Origin: Paraspadella gotoi
Lineage: Eukaryota; Animalia; Chaetognatha
Assembly (NCBI GenBank): GCA_051294375.1
Contig: CM119264.1
Span: 24,964,048 to 25,028,047, forward strand
Reading direction: 5' to 3'
Length of the DNA: 64,000 nt
Below are positions 40,080-54,330 of this stretch, one piece after another; positions within the stretch are counted from its first letter, which is position 1, and every line of letters starts with the position of its first letter. The position numbers were made by a program, and so were the translations under genes. The notes under the pieces were generated by a model that saw nothing but the letters and a program-made list of their open reading frames with translations, searched no databases and was not told where the DNA came from.

Positions 40080-40314
40080 TTTTGTGATATCATCCCAGAG
40101 GAATTAAAACCCACACAAAGCCGAAGGGCCCGTGCATTAGAGAGGCCCTAGTAAAGCTCATAAGGCTAAAAAATGTTTAGAAAAATTTAAAAATTATACT
40201 TATTACTAAGCTGCTAAGTTAATTGTAAGGAGTTGGTATGAACTTTTTTTCCGGGGTCCCGCAAAAAAATGTCGAGTGGCGCTCGTTTTTCCGTCATTTC
40301 TCTACACGCCACTG
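40080..40314. mobile_element. Possible right end of a hAT-type MITE
   Basis: Ends in ctacacgccactg (CAGTGGCG-type TIR) with internal gggccc/ggggtccc motifs. The left end would lie in the gap. Confidence 0.25.
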
Positions 40315-40935
40315 TTTTTGAAAATAAAATCCCTTTCTATTAATTCTAATTTCGTATAAGATGTATGGACTATGGAGATCACTGTCCTTAGTGGTTTATT
40401 TGAATGTACATAGAAATCTTTTGAAACTGTTTCCTTTTATTTTAAAATGAAGTCCTGAGAGAAGAACAAAAATTAATAAAAGTAAATGACGCCGCTTGAA
40501 TAATCAAAATCACGATTGCTAAATTTTGTCTTCAATCACTTTCAAAATTCGTGATATTAAATGAAAACCTTTTCACCGAAAAACTAAATCTCAAACGCCG
40601 ATTCTTGATTCAACTTGCATCGCACGTTTTTCCCAAAAATGGCTGACTCGCTCCGCTAATAAAGATTACGACCCGTTTTTACCCATTTATAAATTCGTTT
40701 TTATTTGTTTTTTATTCTTTTTTTATTAGTTTTTATTGGTTTTTATTCTTTATTTTTACCCGTTTTTATCCGCAACGCGTCGATGGAAATGGAAATAAGA
40801 CGCGAGAGGCGAATTTTGAATATTCACTCGCACGAAAGACGACGAAAATTTCATCCGGGGGAAACCTGTTAAAAGAAAGAAAGAAAGATAGACTGAAGCC
40901 AGAAAAAAGAATGAAAGAAAGGAAAAAAGAAGCAA

Positions 40936-40937
<2 letters not shown>

Positions 40938-41031
<94 letters not shown>
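40938..41031. repeat. (GAAA)n microsatellite (others at 8907-8976 and 41820-41917)
   Basis: Tetranucleotide run. Confidence 0.95.
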
Positions 41032-41032
<1 letters not shown>

Positions 41033-41818
41033 GAGATAAAATCGGAAAGAAATAAAAATGAAATAAAGATGCTCCTCGAGGGAAGATTTTTTTTTCCTCC
41101 CTGAATTCGGTTCAATTTTATCATTTTCTTTCTTCTCCTCGACGCGCGAAAAAATCGAAAAATTATGAAAATCTCGGTGATTAGTATGAAAATGAAGAAA
41201 AATGCGACATAGGGGGCGTGTGGGGGGGGTGTGTCTGAAATGGGACGGGGGCGGGCTAGAGGGCGTGAGGGCCTGCTGGGCCAAGGGCGGAAAGGGGGTG
41301 GGGCAAGAATGGGATGGCATAAAAAGCAAAGGCGGAAGGAGACGACTTTGCCGCTTAGCATGACAAAGGGTAACAGGGGTCATAATTAGGATGCGGGGAT
41401 CGGAAGTTGGGGGATTAAAAGTAAAAGATGGTGTTGAAGAAGTAGGAGAGTGGGGATTATGAAATCGGGAACATAAGAAAAGAAAAAGAATTCTGTCGAC
41501 TGAGAATGAAAAAATAAAATTCGCTGATGAGAAAAGAAAATAAGACGTCCTAAGAAAAAAGGGGGGGCGGGTGTTGGAACCCCCCCGGGGGGCATTGGGG
41601 GGGAAAGGGAGGGATGGGAAAGGGAAAGGGAAAGGGAAAGAAAAAGGGAGGAAAGGGATGAACGGGATTAAAGATTTACAAAAGCAAATAAATTAAAGGC
41701 CGATTTCTCTGACATCAAAACTTCGCTTTTCTTCGCAAATGCAAATTTGGCGCCATTAAGTTTCATCTTAACATCAATGAAGGCGATTCCATTGCATCCA
41801 TCTCTCTCTGTCTGTCTG

Positions 41819-41917
<99 letters not shown>

Positions 41918-42199
41918 ATCTCTTTAAATCTCTATCGTTTTTTCTCTCTTTCTCTATTTCTAAAGTGATCAGTAAGGATTAATGTCTTGATGCACTAAAA
42001 GTTCAGTAATAAGAACGAAAGAAAATATATTTTTCTCACGAATTTGATGGTTGACAACTACAATTGAAAAAGGTTCTTCATCTGCAGCGCATGTCCGCGC
42101 CATTTGTCCAAAATCCTCGGCCTGTTTCGTGACATCTCACTTTAAGAGGTAAACTAACCTTTCACACCAACGGTTTACCGCCACCATTACCATAAAACT

Positions 42200-42309
<110 letters not shown>

Positions 42310-42824
42310 CTCTCTTCGAACAGATTGAACTTTGAACTTTTTCGATTTTCTTAGATTTCTCCATTCAATCACTCGTTCCAATGTCTCCTTTCCTCACTTC
42401 AAATACCTTTTTTTCTCTTTCTCTCTCCTTCATCTTCCTTCTTCTCAAATCTCTCCTCCCATCTCTGAATTACACATCTCTGCCATCCCAATCCTCTACT
42501 CTCGTCTCTTCCTCACCCCCTCTATTAACATCTCTCCTTTATCTTCTCCTCGACGTCTCTTTTTTTCTTCTCCTTCCATCAACCATTCTCCCCTTTCACC
42601 TTTCCTCAGTCTTCTCCTCTCATCTCTCCTCCCACCTCTCCTCACATCTCTCTTTTTTTTCTCCTTCCATCTTCCATCTCTACTCCCATCTATCTTTTTT
42701 CTCTCCTTCCATCTCCCATCTCTCCTTTCATTTCTCCTCCCATCTCTCTTTCCAAGTCTCGTATGGAAGCAGAATCTAAATCGCGACCCGGGGTTTCCTT
42801 TATGATCGAATCCCGCTCTACTTA

Positions 42825-42990
42825 TTCCTTCATTCCTTCCCCTTTCTCTCCATCCCTCTCTACTTTTCCCTTCATTCCTTCCCCTTTCTCTCCATCCCTC
42901 TCTATATTTCCCTTCATTCCTTCCCCTTTCTCTCCATCCCTTTCTACTTTTTCCTTCATTCCTTCCCCTTTCTCTCCATCCCTCTCCGTT
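42825..42990. repeat. 42-bp pyrimidine-rich minisatellite, about 4 copies
   Basis: Unit ttcattccttcccctttctctccatccctctctacttttccc. Confidence 0.8.
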
Positions 42991-43649
42991 CCTCCCTTCC
43001 TTTTATAACTTTCTTTTTAACCCGCATAAGACGTAAACATCCTTTCTTCTCCTTTCTCGTTTCACAACCTTCTCTTCTTTATCCCGAGATTCAATTTTTA
43101 TTTTCACCCGAATTCCATACATTTTCCCCCGATTTGATTTCTTCTCTCCATCATAACAGTAGTTTTTCTTTTGACTATTCTTTGCTCCGGCACCCAAACC
43201 CTGTCTTGATATTACTGTCGGCCGGTGTTACAATGTAGTATGAACCTATATATTTTAACCAGAATTCTTATAAAATTTAAATTCCACCCCGTTATCATCT
43301 CCTATTTTCCCCGAATTTTGTCTTATTCTTTCGTTTACATTTCTACATTTCCTTGTCCCCGCCCTCGCAGAACGATTCATTCATCACAACAAAGATCCTC
43401 CACCCCCGCTCATCCCCGCTCACCCCCGCTCACCCCCGCTCACCCACGCCCTTCCATTCCGATTTGACTTCGAAAAGAATTCGAAATTCTGACCGAACCT
43501 TGTTCACTCCCCGACTCAACGACTTTCAACCCTGCATCGTCTGAATGACGTGGAATAGACATCCCACGATTTTCCATCCGAATCTATTTTCCTCTCAACA
43601 CCCCAATAAATCACCATCACCCACGCCCTCTTTCCCGGCTCTCTTTTCT

Positions 43650-43785
43650 AAAAGCGTCCCATTGCTGTCTTAATATTTAGCCATGATCCGTTACCAAACT
43701 CATAATCCGATCTCTAACCCTAATCCTAAACTTAATCCTTAACCCTAACCTAATTCCGAAATTAAAGTGGAATGGAGCGTTTTGG
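43650..43785. mobile_element. Shorter inverted copy of the TTAGGG-containing MITE-like element (duplicated at 45772-45907)
   Basis: aaagcgtcccattgctgtcttaa ... ctaaccctaatcctaaacttaatccttaaccctaacc ... aatggagcgttt. Confidence 0.45.
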
Positions 43786-44444
43786 GAAAATATGACCCAG
43801 AATCTTGGTTTCAACACTCCCGCCCACCGGTTTTCTATCGCCACCCCCGCCACGTCTTCTCTTTCTCACAATCAATATTTTCCGATTTAACCCCGAAATC
43901 TAAGTCGCTCCTTCCATGATCCAACGCGCGCCAGAAAAATTTGAAAATTTTGGAAAGAAAAAAATTCTATACTCTGTTTTTAAATTTTTTTTATCTTTTT
44001 CCTTTTCACATTTGCTAAAATATGGAATGCCAAGTTTCGACGAATAGTCTTTAATATTTTTTATGTCTGATATTTGACTCCCGAAAACTAGTCTAAATAG
44101 TTTATGGTAAAGTGAAAAGAAAAATTTGAAAAAAAAACTGAAAAAAAAGCAGAGAGAAAGAAATCCAATAGAAAAAATAGTGGATGGGAACGAGAAAAGA
44201 AAAGGAAAAAAAAAGAAAAATATAGAAAGAAAGGGAAAGCGAAAGTAGCGAGCGAGAAAAACAAGGGCGGAATCGGAGAAAATAAAAACGTAAACATAAA
44301 CAAAACAAGACGAAGGGAAACATATTCGCGGGAAGATTTAATGACATGTATAAATATTGTCAAAAGAGGGAGGAACTCCTTTCGACTCCGGACGTTGAAA
44401 TTCTGATGGAAATCCAACGCGGATTTGCATGATAATATTTGCGT

Positions 44445-44482
<38 letters not shown>

Positions 44483-44738
44483 CGTCTGCTGCTCGTCTCT
44501 CTCCTCTCTCTCTCTCTCTCTTCTCTCTTTTAACTTTTCTCCATTTCTTTCCTCATTTTTTTTTCTGCAATGTATTTAACCCTATGGCTTTGGGTGTGGT
44601 TTTCTGCTAAGCTATGCAATGCTTAGCTCGCCCAACTTTGTAATGGTAAATTCGTTACGCGTATTTATTCTCCCTTCCCCGCAGGCAGTAGCCCTTTCCC
44701 CTTTGCGCTCATCACCCTCTCTCTCTCTCTCACTCTCT

Positions 44739-44789
<51 letters not shown>

Positions 44790-44814
44790 NNNNNNNNNNN
44801 NNNNNNNNNNNNNN

Positions 44815-46601
44815 TTTTCTTCTCCTTCCATCTCCCATCTCTCCTTCATTTCTCCTCCCATCTCTCTTTCCAAGTCTCGTATGGAAGCAGACAATCTAAA
44901 TCGCGACCCGGGGTTTCCTTTATGATCGAATCCCGCTCTACTTATTCCTTCTTCTTCCCCTTTCTCTCCATCCCTCTCTACTTTTCCCTTCATTCCTTCC
45001 CTTTCTCTCCATCCCTCTCTATATTTCCCTTCATTCCTTCCCCTTTCTCTCCATCCCTTTCTACCTTTTTCCTTCATTCCTTCCCCTTTTCTCCATCCTC
45101 TCGTTTCCCTTCCCTTTTATAACTTTCTTTTTAACACCGCATAAGACGTAACATCCTTTCTTCTCTTTCTCGTTCAACAACCTTCTCTTCCTTTATCCCG
45201 AGATTTCAATTTTTATTTTTCACCCGAATTCCATACATTTTCCCCCGATTGATTTTTCTCTCCATCATAACAGTAGTTTTTTCTTTTGACTATTCTTTGC
45301 TCCGGCACCCCAAACCCTGTCTTGATATTACTGTCGGCCGGTGTTACAATGTAGTATGAACCTATATATTTTAACCAGAATTCTTATAAAATTTAAATTC
45401 CACCCCGTTATCATCTCCTATTTTCCCCCGAATTTTGTCTTATTCTTTCGTTTACATTCTACATTTTCCTTGTCCCCGCCCTCGCAGAAACGATTCATTC
45501 ATCACAACAAAGATCCTCCACCCCCGCTCATCCCCGCTCACCCCCGCTCACCCCCGCTCACCCACGCCCTTCCATTCCCGATTTTGACTTCGAACAAGAA
45601 TTTCGAAATTCTGAACCGAACCTTGTTCACTCCCCGACTCAACGACTTTCAACCCTGCATCGTCTGAAATGACGTGGAATAGACATCCCACGATTTTCCA
45701 TCCGAATCTATTTTCCTCTCAACACCCATAAATCACCATCACCCCACGCCCTCTTTCCGGCTCTCTTTTCTAAAAGCGTCCCATTGCTGTCTTAATATTT
45801 AGCCATGATCCGTTAACCAAACTCATAATCCGATCTCTAACCTAATCCTAAACTTAATCCTTAACCCTAACCTAATTCCGAAATTAAAGTGGAATGGAGC
45901 GTTTTGGGAAAATATGACCCAGAATCTTGGTTTCAAACACTCCCCGCCCACCGGTTTTCTATCGCCACCCCCGCCACGTCTTCTCTTCTCACAATCAAAT
46001 ATTTTCCGATTTAACCCCGAAATCAAGTCGCTCCTTCCATGATCCAACGCCGCGCAGAAAAAATTTGAAAATTTTGAAAGAAAAAAATTCTATACTCTGT
46101 TTTTAAATTTTTTTATCTTTTTCCTTTTCACATTTGCTAAAATATGGAATGCCAAGTTTCGACGAATAGTCTTAATATTTTTTATGTCTGATATTTGACT
46201 CCCGAAAAACTAGTCTAAATAGTTTATGGTAAAGTGAAAAGAAAAATTTGAAAAAAAAACTGAAAAAATAAGCAGAGAGAAAGAAATCCAATAGAAAAAA
46301 TAGTGGATGGGAACGAGAAAAGAAAAGGAAAAAAAAAAAGAAAAATATAGAAAGAAAGGGAAAGCGAAAGTAGCGAGCGAGAAAAAACAAGGGCGGAAGA
46401 TCGGAGAAAATAAAAACGTAAACATAAACAAAACAAGACGAAGGGAAACATATTCGCGGAAGATTTAATGACATGTATATAATATTGTCAAAAGAGGGAG
46501 GAACTCCTTTCGACTCCGGACGTTGAAATTCTGATGGAAATCCAACGCGGATTTGCATGATAAATATTTGCGTGGCTCTCTCTCTCTCTCTTCTTTCTCT
46601 C

Positions 46602-46680
<79 letters not shown>

Positions 46681-46880
46681 TAACTTTTCTCCATTTCTTT
46701 CCTCATTTTTTTTTCTGCAATGTATTTAACCCTATGGCTTTGGGTGTGGTTTTTCTGCTAAGCTATGCAATGCTTAGCTCGCCAACTTTGTAATGTAAAT
46801 TCGTTACGCGTATTTATCTCCCTTCCCCCGCGGCAGTAGCCCTTTCCCATTGCGCTCACTCACCCTCTCTCTCTCTCTCA

Positions 46881-46930
<50 letters not shown>
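44815..46930 (+). other. Tandem copy of about 42700-44789 (likely artefact)
   Basis: Near-identical apart from single-base indels; the copies are separated by the 25-N gap 44790-44814. Confidence 0.85.
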
Positions 46931-46945
<15 letters not shown>

Positions 46946-46974
46946 GTTACTTTCTGATTAGGACCGAAAGAAAG

Positions 46975-47048
<74 letters not shown>

Positions 47049-47454
47049 AAAAAAGGAAATCCGAGTAATTATGCATTAAACGCGCTGGCTGAAAACAATT
47101 TTCTGCGGCTCATTAGCGAGAAGAAAAAAGAAAGTTGGTTCGAATTTATTATATATTTTCTGGCAGCAACGAATATCTTTTTTTTCTGTTGATAAACTTA
47201 GTCGATGTATCGTCTTCTCATTTCCTTTATCCAAGAACAAAGAGAGAGAGAGAATGGAACCGAGGATATGAAAAACATCCAGAGTAAACATTCCTTTGAC
47301 GGATGTTATTCCAGATGTTCTTTTTTTTCTTTTGTTCGTTCTTCACTCACTCCCTCTATACACTTTTCGAGAATTTTCCGATTGCACCCGTGGAGGGCAA
47401 AGCGTTTGTCTTAAATTTATCGGGTGGAATATTATATATAATATTATGGCAAGG

Positions 47455-47639
47455 GGGGGACATGTTTGATGCTGGCGCTCAGAGATTTGGACCTGTAGTG
47501 ACCATCCCATGTCACTGGCGTGTTTATGCCGACACCATCACACTATAACCAGCGTGAGTGTGAGGGGATTGAACTCACGGTTGGTGAACGAGTACTTAGA
47601 TGTCCAAGCCAATGGGACGAGTTGAGCTATACGGGAGGC
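47455..47639 (-). mobile_element. tRNA-derived SINE (family C)
   Basis: Minus strand: GCCTCCCGTA, A-box-like TAGCTCAACTCG (47629-47618), B-box GAGTTCAATCCC (47576-47565). No complete cloverleaf; a GC-richer body ends in an AT-rich tail. Confidence 0.55.
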
Positions 47640-48596
47640 GAATTTAGGATTTGCCACAATATATAATATTGTTTTACTATATCATCAACTCAGTTCACGG
47701 TTGCATGTTACATGTGCACGAATATTGTAATTAGCTTGGCTTGCATTTCAGATTTTTTAGAGCTGAAAATCAGGAAATCTTTAAAAAACCGAGTCAGACT
47801 TTTCGGGCTGCACCCCGCTACTGGAAAAAAGTAAGTTAGCAGTTTATATTAATAGTTTTAGCTCGAATCTAACAATAGTTCTTATAAAGATGATTTTTCT
47901 TGATACATATTCTACTACAAAACCTAAAAATAGTCTCTGGCGTTCGCTTCAAGATCCAAGATGGCGACGAGGAAACGAATTTGTTGAACGAGATTTTTAC
48001 GGAACAAAAGGGAAAAAAAATCCTTCAAAAGAAGAAAATCTGACTCCAGGGAATTCGAGCAAGGGAATCAGGATGATGGAGGCACGTAGCGAGGGTTGGG
48101 CACTTTGTTGATTTAAGCCTTTCAAGAAAAAAAAAACTTAATCCCAGGGAAGGCGACCCCACTCCCCCGGTGGTCAATGAGGTCAACGTGGTCGATTCCG
48201 GGTCAAGGGGTCAAAGGTCACGGATCGAAATCGAGACGCTCGGTTTTTCTTTGGATTTAGAAATCGATTCTTTCTTTGCTTTGGTGACAGGGATAAATAT
48301 TTTCAGGTGAAGAAAAATTCTACTTAAAAATAAAAAAAAATTACTTGCTATTGCATTTATTTCTGTTGCCTCTGTTCTTTTTTTTACCACTTTCTTTTTA
48401 AACTACACGAGGGAAAAAAAATTTATTATATATAAGTTTTGAAAAAAAAAGTTTTGTAAAACAATCAAAAACTAAAAACAATTTTAAACTGGGATAAAAG
48501 CCAAAACTCTAAAATATCGACCCCGTTCCGTCGGGCGAATGTGATAACGAGAAGAATCATCAGCGCAAATCTGAATTTCCGATGCAACGTAAAGGC

Positions 48597-48925
48597 ATTG
48601 TGTGGAGAGAATGTGTGGAGAGAATGTGTGGAGAGAATGTGTGAAGAGAATGTGTAGAGAGAATGTGCGGAGAGAATGGGTGGAGAAAATGTGGGGAGGG
48701 ACTGTGTGAAAAAAATGTGTGAATAGAAGGTCTGATGGGATTGTGTATAGAAAATGTGGAGAGAAACTGTGTGGAGAGAATGTGTGGAGAATGTGTGGAG
48801 AAAATGTGGGTAGCGAATTTGTGAGGATCATGTATTAAAAGAATGTGTGGAGAGATCGTGTGGAAAGAATGTGGGGAGCGAATGTGCGAAGAGCATAAAT
48901 TCAATGAATGTGTGGAAATTGGAGA
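48597..48925. repeat. 13-bp minisatellite (tgtgtggagagaa)n, decaying
   Basis: Tandem copies are directly visible. Confidence 0.85.
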
Positions 48926-49069
48926 AACCATTCGGAGAAAATGCGTCCAATAATATTTCTAAAGAGAAAGTGAGTGGACAGAATGTGGTGAATAAAAGAG
49001 AAAGAAGAGAGAATGTTGTCTGTATACGTGGTAGTAAGATGCATTATGAATGAGAGAAAGAGAGAAAGG

Positions 49070-49136
<67 letters not shown>

Positions 49137-49457
49137 CGAGAGAGAGAAAGAGAGAAATATGAATAAAGATGGTTAAAAATGAAAAATGAGTCATGAAAAA
49201 TGAAGAAAGGAGATTAAGGTCGTCGCATTTTGATGATGCTTTTTTAGATTTTTCATTTTTTTGGTGCAATATAATTTAAGAACGAAACGCCAAAAATTAA
49301 ACTCATCTGTTCCTACACGCCATCTTAATCGCGATCGCATTCGCACTTAATTTGCTATTTGTTTATGTCGCACTATTTTTTAATTCCATTTCTTGCCCTT
49401 CACACTCCTTTATCTTCCATTTGCCTCTCCCTTCGTACCCAATTCACTCGTTCTATG

Positions 49458-49488
<31 letters not shown>

Positions 49489-49531
49489 TCTCTCATCTCT
49501 TCTTCTCTCCTCTACTCTTTCTCTCTCTCTA

Positions 49532-49563
<32 letters not shown>

Positions 49564-49573
49564 CTCCTTCTTC

Positions 49574-49605
<32 letters not shown>

Positions 49606-50864
49606 CTTATCTTCTTTTTTCTTATCTTTTCCTTCTTCTTCTCTCTCTTCCCTCTCTCTCTCTCTTCTCTTCTCTCTTCTTTCTCTCTCATCTCTTCTTC
49701 TCCTCTCTCTTCTCTTTTTCATCTTTCTTTTCCTTTCCTTCTTTCTCGCTTTTCATCGGCCCTTGCTCCTGTAATCGACGCCAATTTCTTTGGCCTTTTC
49801 AAATCTTTTGTTCCGAACCTAAGCGGATGTAGTAGATATATGTTGGACAATTCCGCGTTAGCCTATTGTAGATGCGGTGTGCAGCGGTTAAAAAACGCAG
49901 CCTTCTCCAACAAGATCTTCATAACAAAGATTTAAAGATTTTCAAATGGTTAAGATCCCAATTCAGAGCCCATTATCTAAGAATAGTTATGATCGATCCT
50001 TTCGCATTTCATCTATCAGTCCCATCTGAAAGGAAAAATAAAAATTGTTTTGTGCGTCTTCAACGGAGAGTCGTGATTCAATTCTAATCAGGGCCTTTTG
50101 AGGGACAATGAAGGCGGAGCTCAGAAATCGCGAGAAAACGAGAGGCTCCATGTTGGGAAAGAGGTTGTCGGGAAGTGTCGTGGTGCTGGGCTGCAGTGGT
50201 GAGGGTTTTATCAAGGGGGTAGGTGAACGAAGTAGGTTCGGGCAGTCGGCTCGTGTTTGGCCTTAAACTGGACATTTCCAATGCAGATAGCAGGAAAAAA
50301 AAGGTCGCTGGTCAATTGTGCTCGGCTTCAATGGTCTTTGGCGAAAGCAAAAAGCGAAAGGCAATTACGGCAATAGGAGGGAGGGAGGAGGGCGATTTGA
50401 TGGCGTCTTGGCCTTCGTCGTTTCGTTGTTGTTGTTTTTGTCGTCAACGCCGTCGCTATGGGCGGCGAAATGGAGCTCGCGTTCCGAGAGTAAATACAAT
50501 AACAAAGGAATAAGAAATGGCAACGCATCTTCTTTTATTGCGCGGTCGCTCGAAACGGACGCGGCCGAGACGATCGTCCGAGAAAAAGGCGAAGATAGCG
50601 CTGCGATAACACATGGATAGAGAAAAGATAGCCAAGCGATGGCGTGTAGTTGGCGCAATGACGGCTTTTGAATGGCGTAAAGATCTGGTAAAAAGACAAA
50701 TGGCCCAAAGATTAAAGAAGGGATGGCGTAACGAAGGAAGTAGGTCGCATGGATGGCGTTGCCGTTTTTGAGCCTTCACTGATTCGAATCCGTGGCGCGG
50801 AGATAGATTTATCGAATGGGAGATCAACTGAACGAGTGTCGATTGTCAAAAACTAGAGAGAGAT

Positions 50865-50895
<31 letters not shown>

Positions 50896-50913
50896 AGAAG
50901 AGAGAGAAGAGAG

Positions 50914-50962
<49 letters not shown>

Positions 50963-52654
50963 GAGCGAGGGGATGAGAAAGAAAAGGAGAAATGAAAGTA
51001 GACGAAAATATGTAATAACGTTGAAGATGAAAGTCATTAAATAAGTATGGTTAATGAATCTCTTTTTCTCTCTCTTTCTCGTTTTTTTTTCTTTTTCTTT
51101 CTCTCCCTTTCTCTCTCTTTCTTTGTCTTTCTTTCGGTGATATTTTTAATATAACCGCAATTGGAAATTTCTTTTAATTCCCTCGTGACTTTTCTCTCTT
51201 CGTTTCACGACGTTTTTTTTAATCGATGTACGTACTTACAAAAACATTGCTTTGTTTTTTTGTTTTGTTTTTTTTGTTTGTTTTTTTTTCTTTTTTTTTA
51301 AACTGGTACAGGTTTTTTTTCGCCTCCGTTGGCAAGTCTCCACTCATTTTTTTCAATATATTCGCATATAAATATCTAGATTTAAAGCGAAGATGATTGT
51401 ATTTAATTTACTTCTTTCGTTAAAATTCGAGACTTCATGTCAAGTGGCCAAATGACGGCAATTGCGACGAGGCAATTTATATGGAGTTCAGCTCGATTTA
51501 ATATAACGCTCCAGATTTCTAGATTTCTAGATTCCGAAAGATTTTTTTTTTTTATTTTTCATTTATTTATTATTTTATTGCACTCTCAATGTTAAGATTT
51601 ATTTTCTTCATTTAATTTGACTTTCATTTTTTTTTTCAATTTCTTTTGATTTTTATTTTTTTCTTCGGTTGAAACAGCCTTTTTTTGATAATAATGAAAT
51701 ATAAAATATTTTTTCAGACTTATATCTTTCTTATCTATCTAATCCTTATTGTTAACCTCTTGACTGACGAGAAAAGAGGAAAAATGACATCGAAGAAAAA
51801 GGAAGAAGCTCTTAAAATTTCTCTCCAGCATCATCAGCATCATCTTTCCTTCTTCGACGAGAATCCTCAGCGAGAGAAGCATCTCAACGAATTCTCCAGG
51901 AGCAAAAGGATAAACGTTCAAAACTGGATACCAGAAAAAAAAAACAAAACAAAAAAAAAAGAAAACAAACAAAAACAAACCCCGAAGACTCTCGTTTTGC
52001 CCTCCACCCATCGGCAATATGTTTTTCTCTCTCTCTCTGTTTTTTATCGTTCGTTTGGCTTTTTTGCCCCCGACACTTGGCTTTTTTTTTACCTTCTCAC
52101 CCTCAGATTTTGTCGCCTATCCCTTTACCCCCGCTTCCCCTTGTTTTCGCCCTGTTTTCTCCATGCCTACTTTCTCGCCTCCCCACCCACTCTCCTTCTG
52201 CCAACTCCCGCCTTCCCCGTTTGGTCCGCCTTCTTATTTCTGCCCTCCTTAAATAAAAAAAAAAAGAAAAAGAAAAAAAAACGGTTGGCAGTGGCTCAAT
52301 TTTCCCTTTATTGCGACTGGAACAGAAGGGCGCGGCCCGGTTTGGCGTCCGCATCGCCCAGCGTCGGCCAGCGTCGGGTCTTGGCGGCCAGCGTCGGCCC
52401 TCGGCGGCCTGTCGCCGGCCGACGACGGTAAACCGAGTTCTACGGCGTCTGAATGCTGTTTCCGGAATCGAAGGGCAACGCAAGGTCGCGTTCGGCCTCG
52501 TCGTTAACGTCGTCGTCGTCGTCGTCGTCGTCGTCGACATTGATGTCGTACGAGTTGTCATCGCTTTTTTTGGTTGACGTTGAGGTCGCCGTCAAAGTCG
52601 GCATATGCCTCGTTTTCTTTTGGACCGTTACTGGAGACATTTTCATCGATGTTG

Positions 52655-52770
52655 TCATCGTCGTCGTCACTGTCATCGTCGACATCGTCGTCGTCCCTGT
52701 CATCGTCGACATCGTCGTCGCCACTGTCATCGTCGACATCGTCGTCGTCCCTGTCATCGTCGTCGTCGTT
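52655..52770. repeat. 27-bp (gtc)-derived tandem repeat
   Basis: Unit ctgtcatcgtcgacatcgtcgtcgtcc, about 4 copies. Confidence 0.75.
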
Positions 52771-53499
52771 TACGTGATCGTCTTTGAGTCGTCGTCATCG
52801 TCGTCGTTGTCGTCCGCGTCCTTTAACACGCTTTAGCCGTCAACTCCGTCGCTTTATCTTCGGCTATTGACGTCAAAAAGCAGCGACTTTCGGCGGCTTC
52901 AAGGTCGTTCTTCCTGTCGTCGTCGTCGTCGTCGTCGTCACCGTCCTTAGCGTCAAATCCTTTGACAAAGGTGGCGATTTTTTATTCTTTTTTCCTTCAT
53001 CAAAACTGATTTCTCTTTTTTTTTGTTGGTCACAAGTCGGTTTAGATTTTTTTTTATCCGATTTAATTAATGACATATTTTTTTTATCCTTATTGTTCTT
53101 TTTTTGTTTTTTTGTTTTTTGTTGTCTCGAGTCTGTCTACGAATCGAGTCCTTTCTCGTTGATTATTGTTGTTATTAGATGGATGTTGTTGTTGTTGTTG
53201 TAGTCGTCAATCTCTTTTCTATTATTCTCATAGCTATCGTCTTTGTGGCGGCGCAGTTGCTGTCGCGCTAATCTCGGCGGCTGCCGCTTGACCGCCAGTT
53301 AATGAAGGCGCAGCAGCCACGCGATGCCGCTGCGCCGCAGCTTTGTTTTCCTTTTTCCGCTGATCAGTTGAGTCGTTAGGAGAAAAAAGGAGAAAAAAGG
53401 AAAATGAAAAAATAGGGAAAAAACCGAGAAAACCAAAACATAAAAAAACAAGTTTGAGCAAACAATGTCGGATCTGCCTACGATAATTAAGCGGTAATG

Positions 53500-53750
53500 A
53501 GCTAACTTGGTCAACTTGCATATGCATAATGTATTCATAATATATTCAACTGGCATAATATTGTCAACTGGCATAATTTGGTCAACTGGCATAATTTTCT
53601 CAACTGACATAATTTGGTAAACTTGCTTAATTTGGTAAACTGACATAATTTGGTAAACTGACATAATTTGGTCAACTCAAATATCTTGGTCAACCAGCAT
53701 TATTTGGTCAACCAGCATTATTTGGTCAACTGGCATAATTTGGTCAATCA
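53500..53750. repeat. 18-bp minisatellite (aactggcataatttggtc)n; second copy at about 58810-59080
   Basis: About 13 tandem units; the 6-aa periodic ORF 53299-53664 reflects it. Confidence 0.85.
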
Positions 53751-53931
53751 ATTAATCAATCAGTCAGAGAGAGAGTGATAGAGATACTTTAAAACATTCA
53801 AATAAATGTGTGTTTTGGTTTTCTAATTTAAAATTTTCCACTCCTACGATTCCCTCAAAAATTTATATCCAGCTTAATTACATACTTTCCTACCCACACA
53901 CAATTTCATTTCAATTTATCTATTATGACAA

Positions 53932-54330
53932 CAGCCGGGTTGCCTGTGATGCCCATTAGNNNNNNNNNNNNNNNNNNNNNNNNNNNNNNNNNNNNNNNNN
54001 NNNNNNNNNNNNNNNNNNNNNNNNNNNNNNNNNNNNNNNNNNNNNNNNNNNNNNNNNNNNNNNNNNNNNNNNNNNNNNNNNNNNNNNNNNNNNNNNNNNN
54101 NNNNNNNNNNNNNNNNNNNNNNNNNNNNNNNNNNNNNNNNNNNNNNNNNNNNNNNNNNNNNNNNNNNNNNNNNNNNNNNNNNNNNNNNNNNNNNNNNNNN
54201 NNNNNNNNNNNNNNNNNNNNNNNNNNNNNNNNNNNNNNNNNNNNNNNNNNNNNNNNNNNNNNNNNNNNNNNNNNNNNNNNNNNNNNNNNNNACGATGGTG
54301 GACATGAGGCGGTGTGAATATACCGCCACA
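53932..54330 (-). mobile_element. Family B SINE-like copy, mostly gap; the filled version is at 59261-59705
   Basis: Both gap flanks (cagccgggttgcctgtgatgccc; gatggtggacatgaggcggtgtgaatataccgccaca) match the family B ends. Confidence 0.45.

Noticed and set aside
44030-44058. Minus-strand gac-tattc-gtc-GAAAC as another hammerhead
   Set aside because: It lacks the CTGANGA core and the GTH cleavage triplet.
47560-47640. Functional tRNA gene
   Set aside because: A and B boxes are present but there is no acceptor or anticodon stem pairing, so it is treated as a SINE head. The same applies to 59470-59542.
52440-52836. Mucin-like Thr/Ser-rich ORFs
   Set aside because: They are produced by a (gtc)-derived 27-bp repeat open in several frames on both strands, with no splice support.
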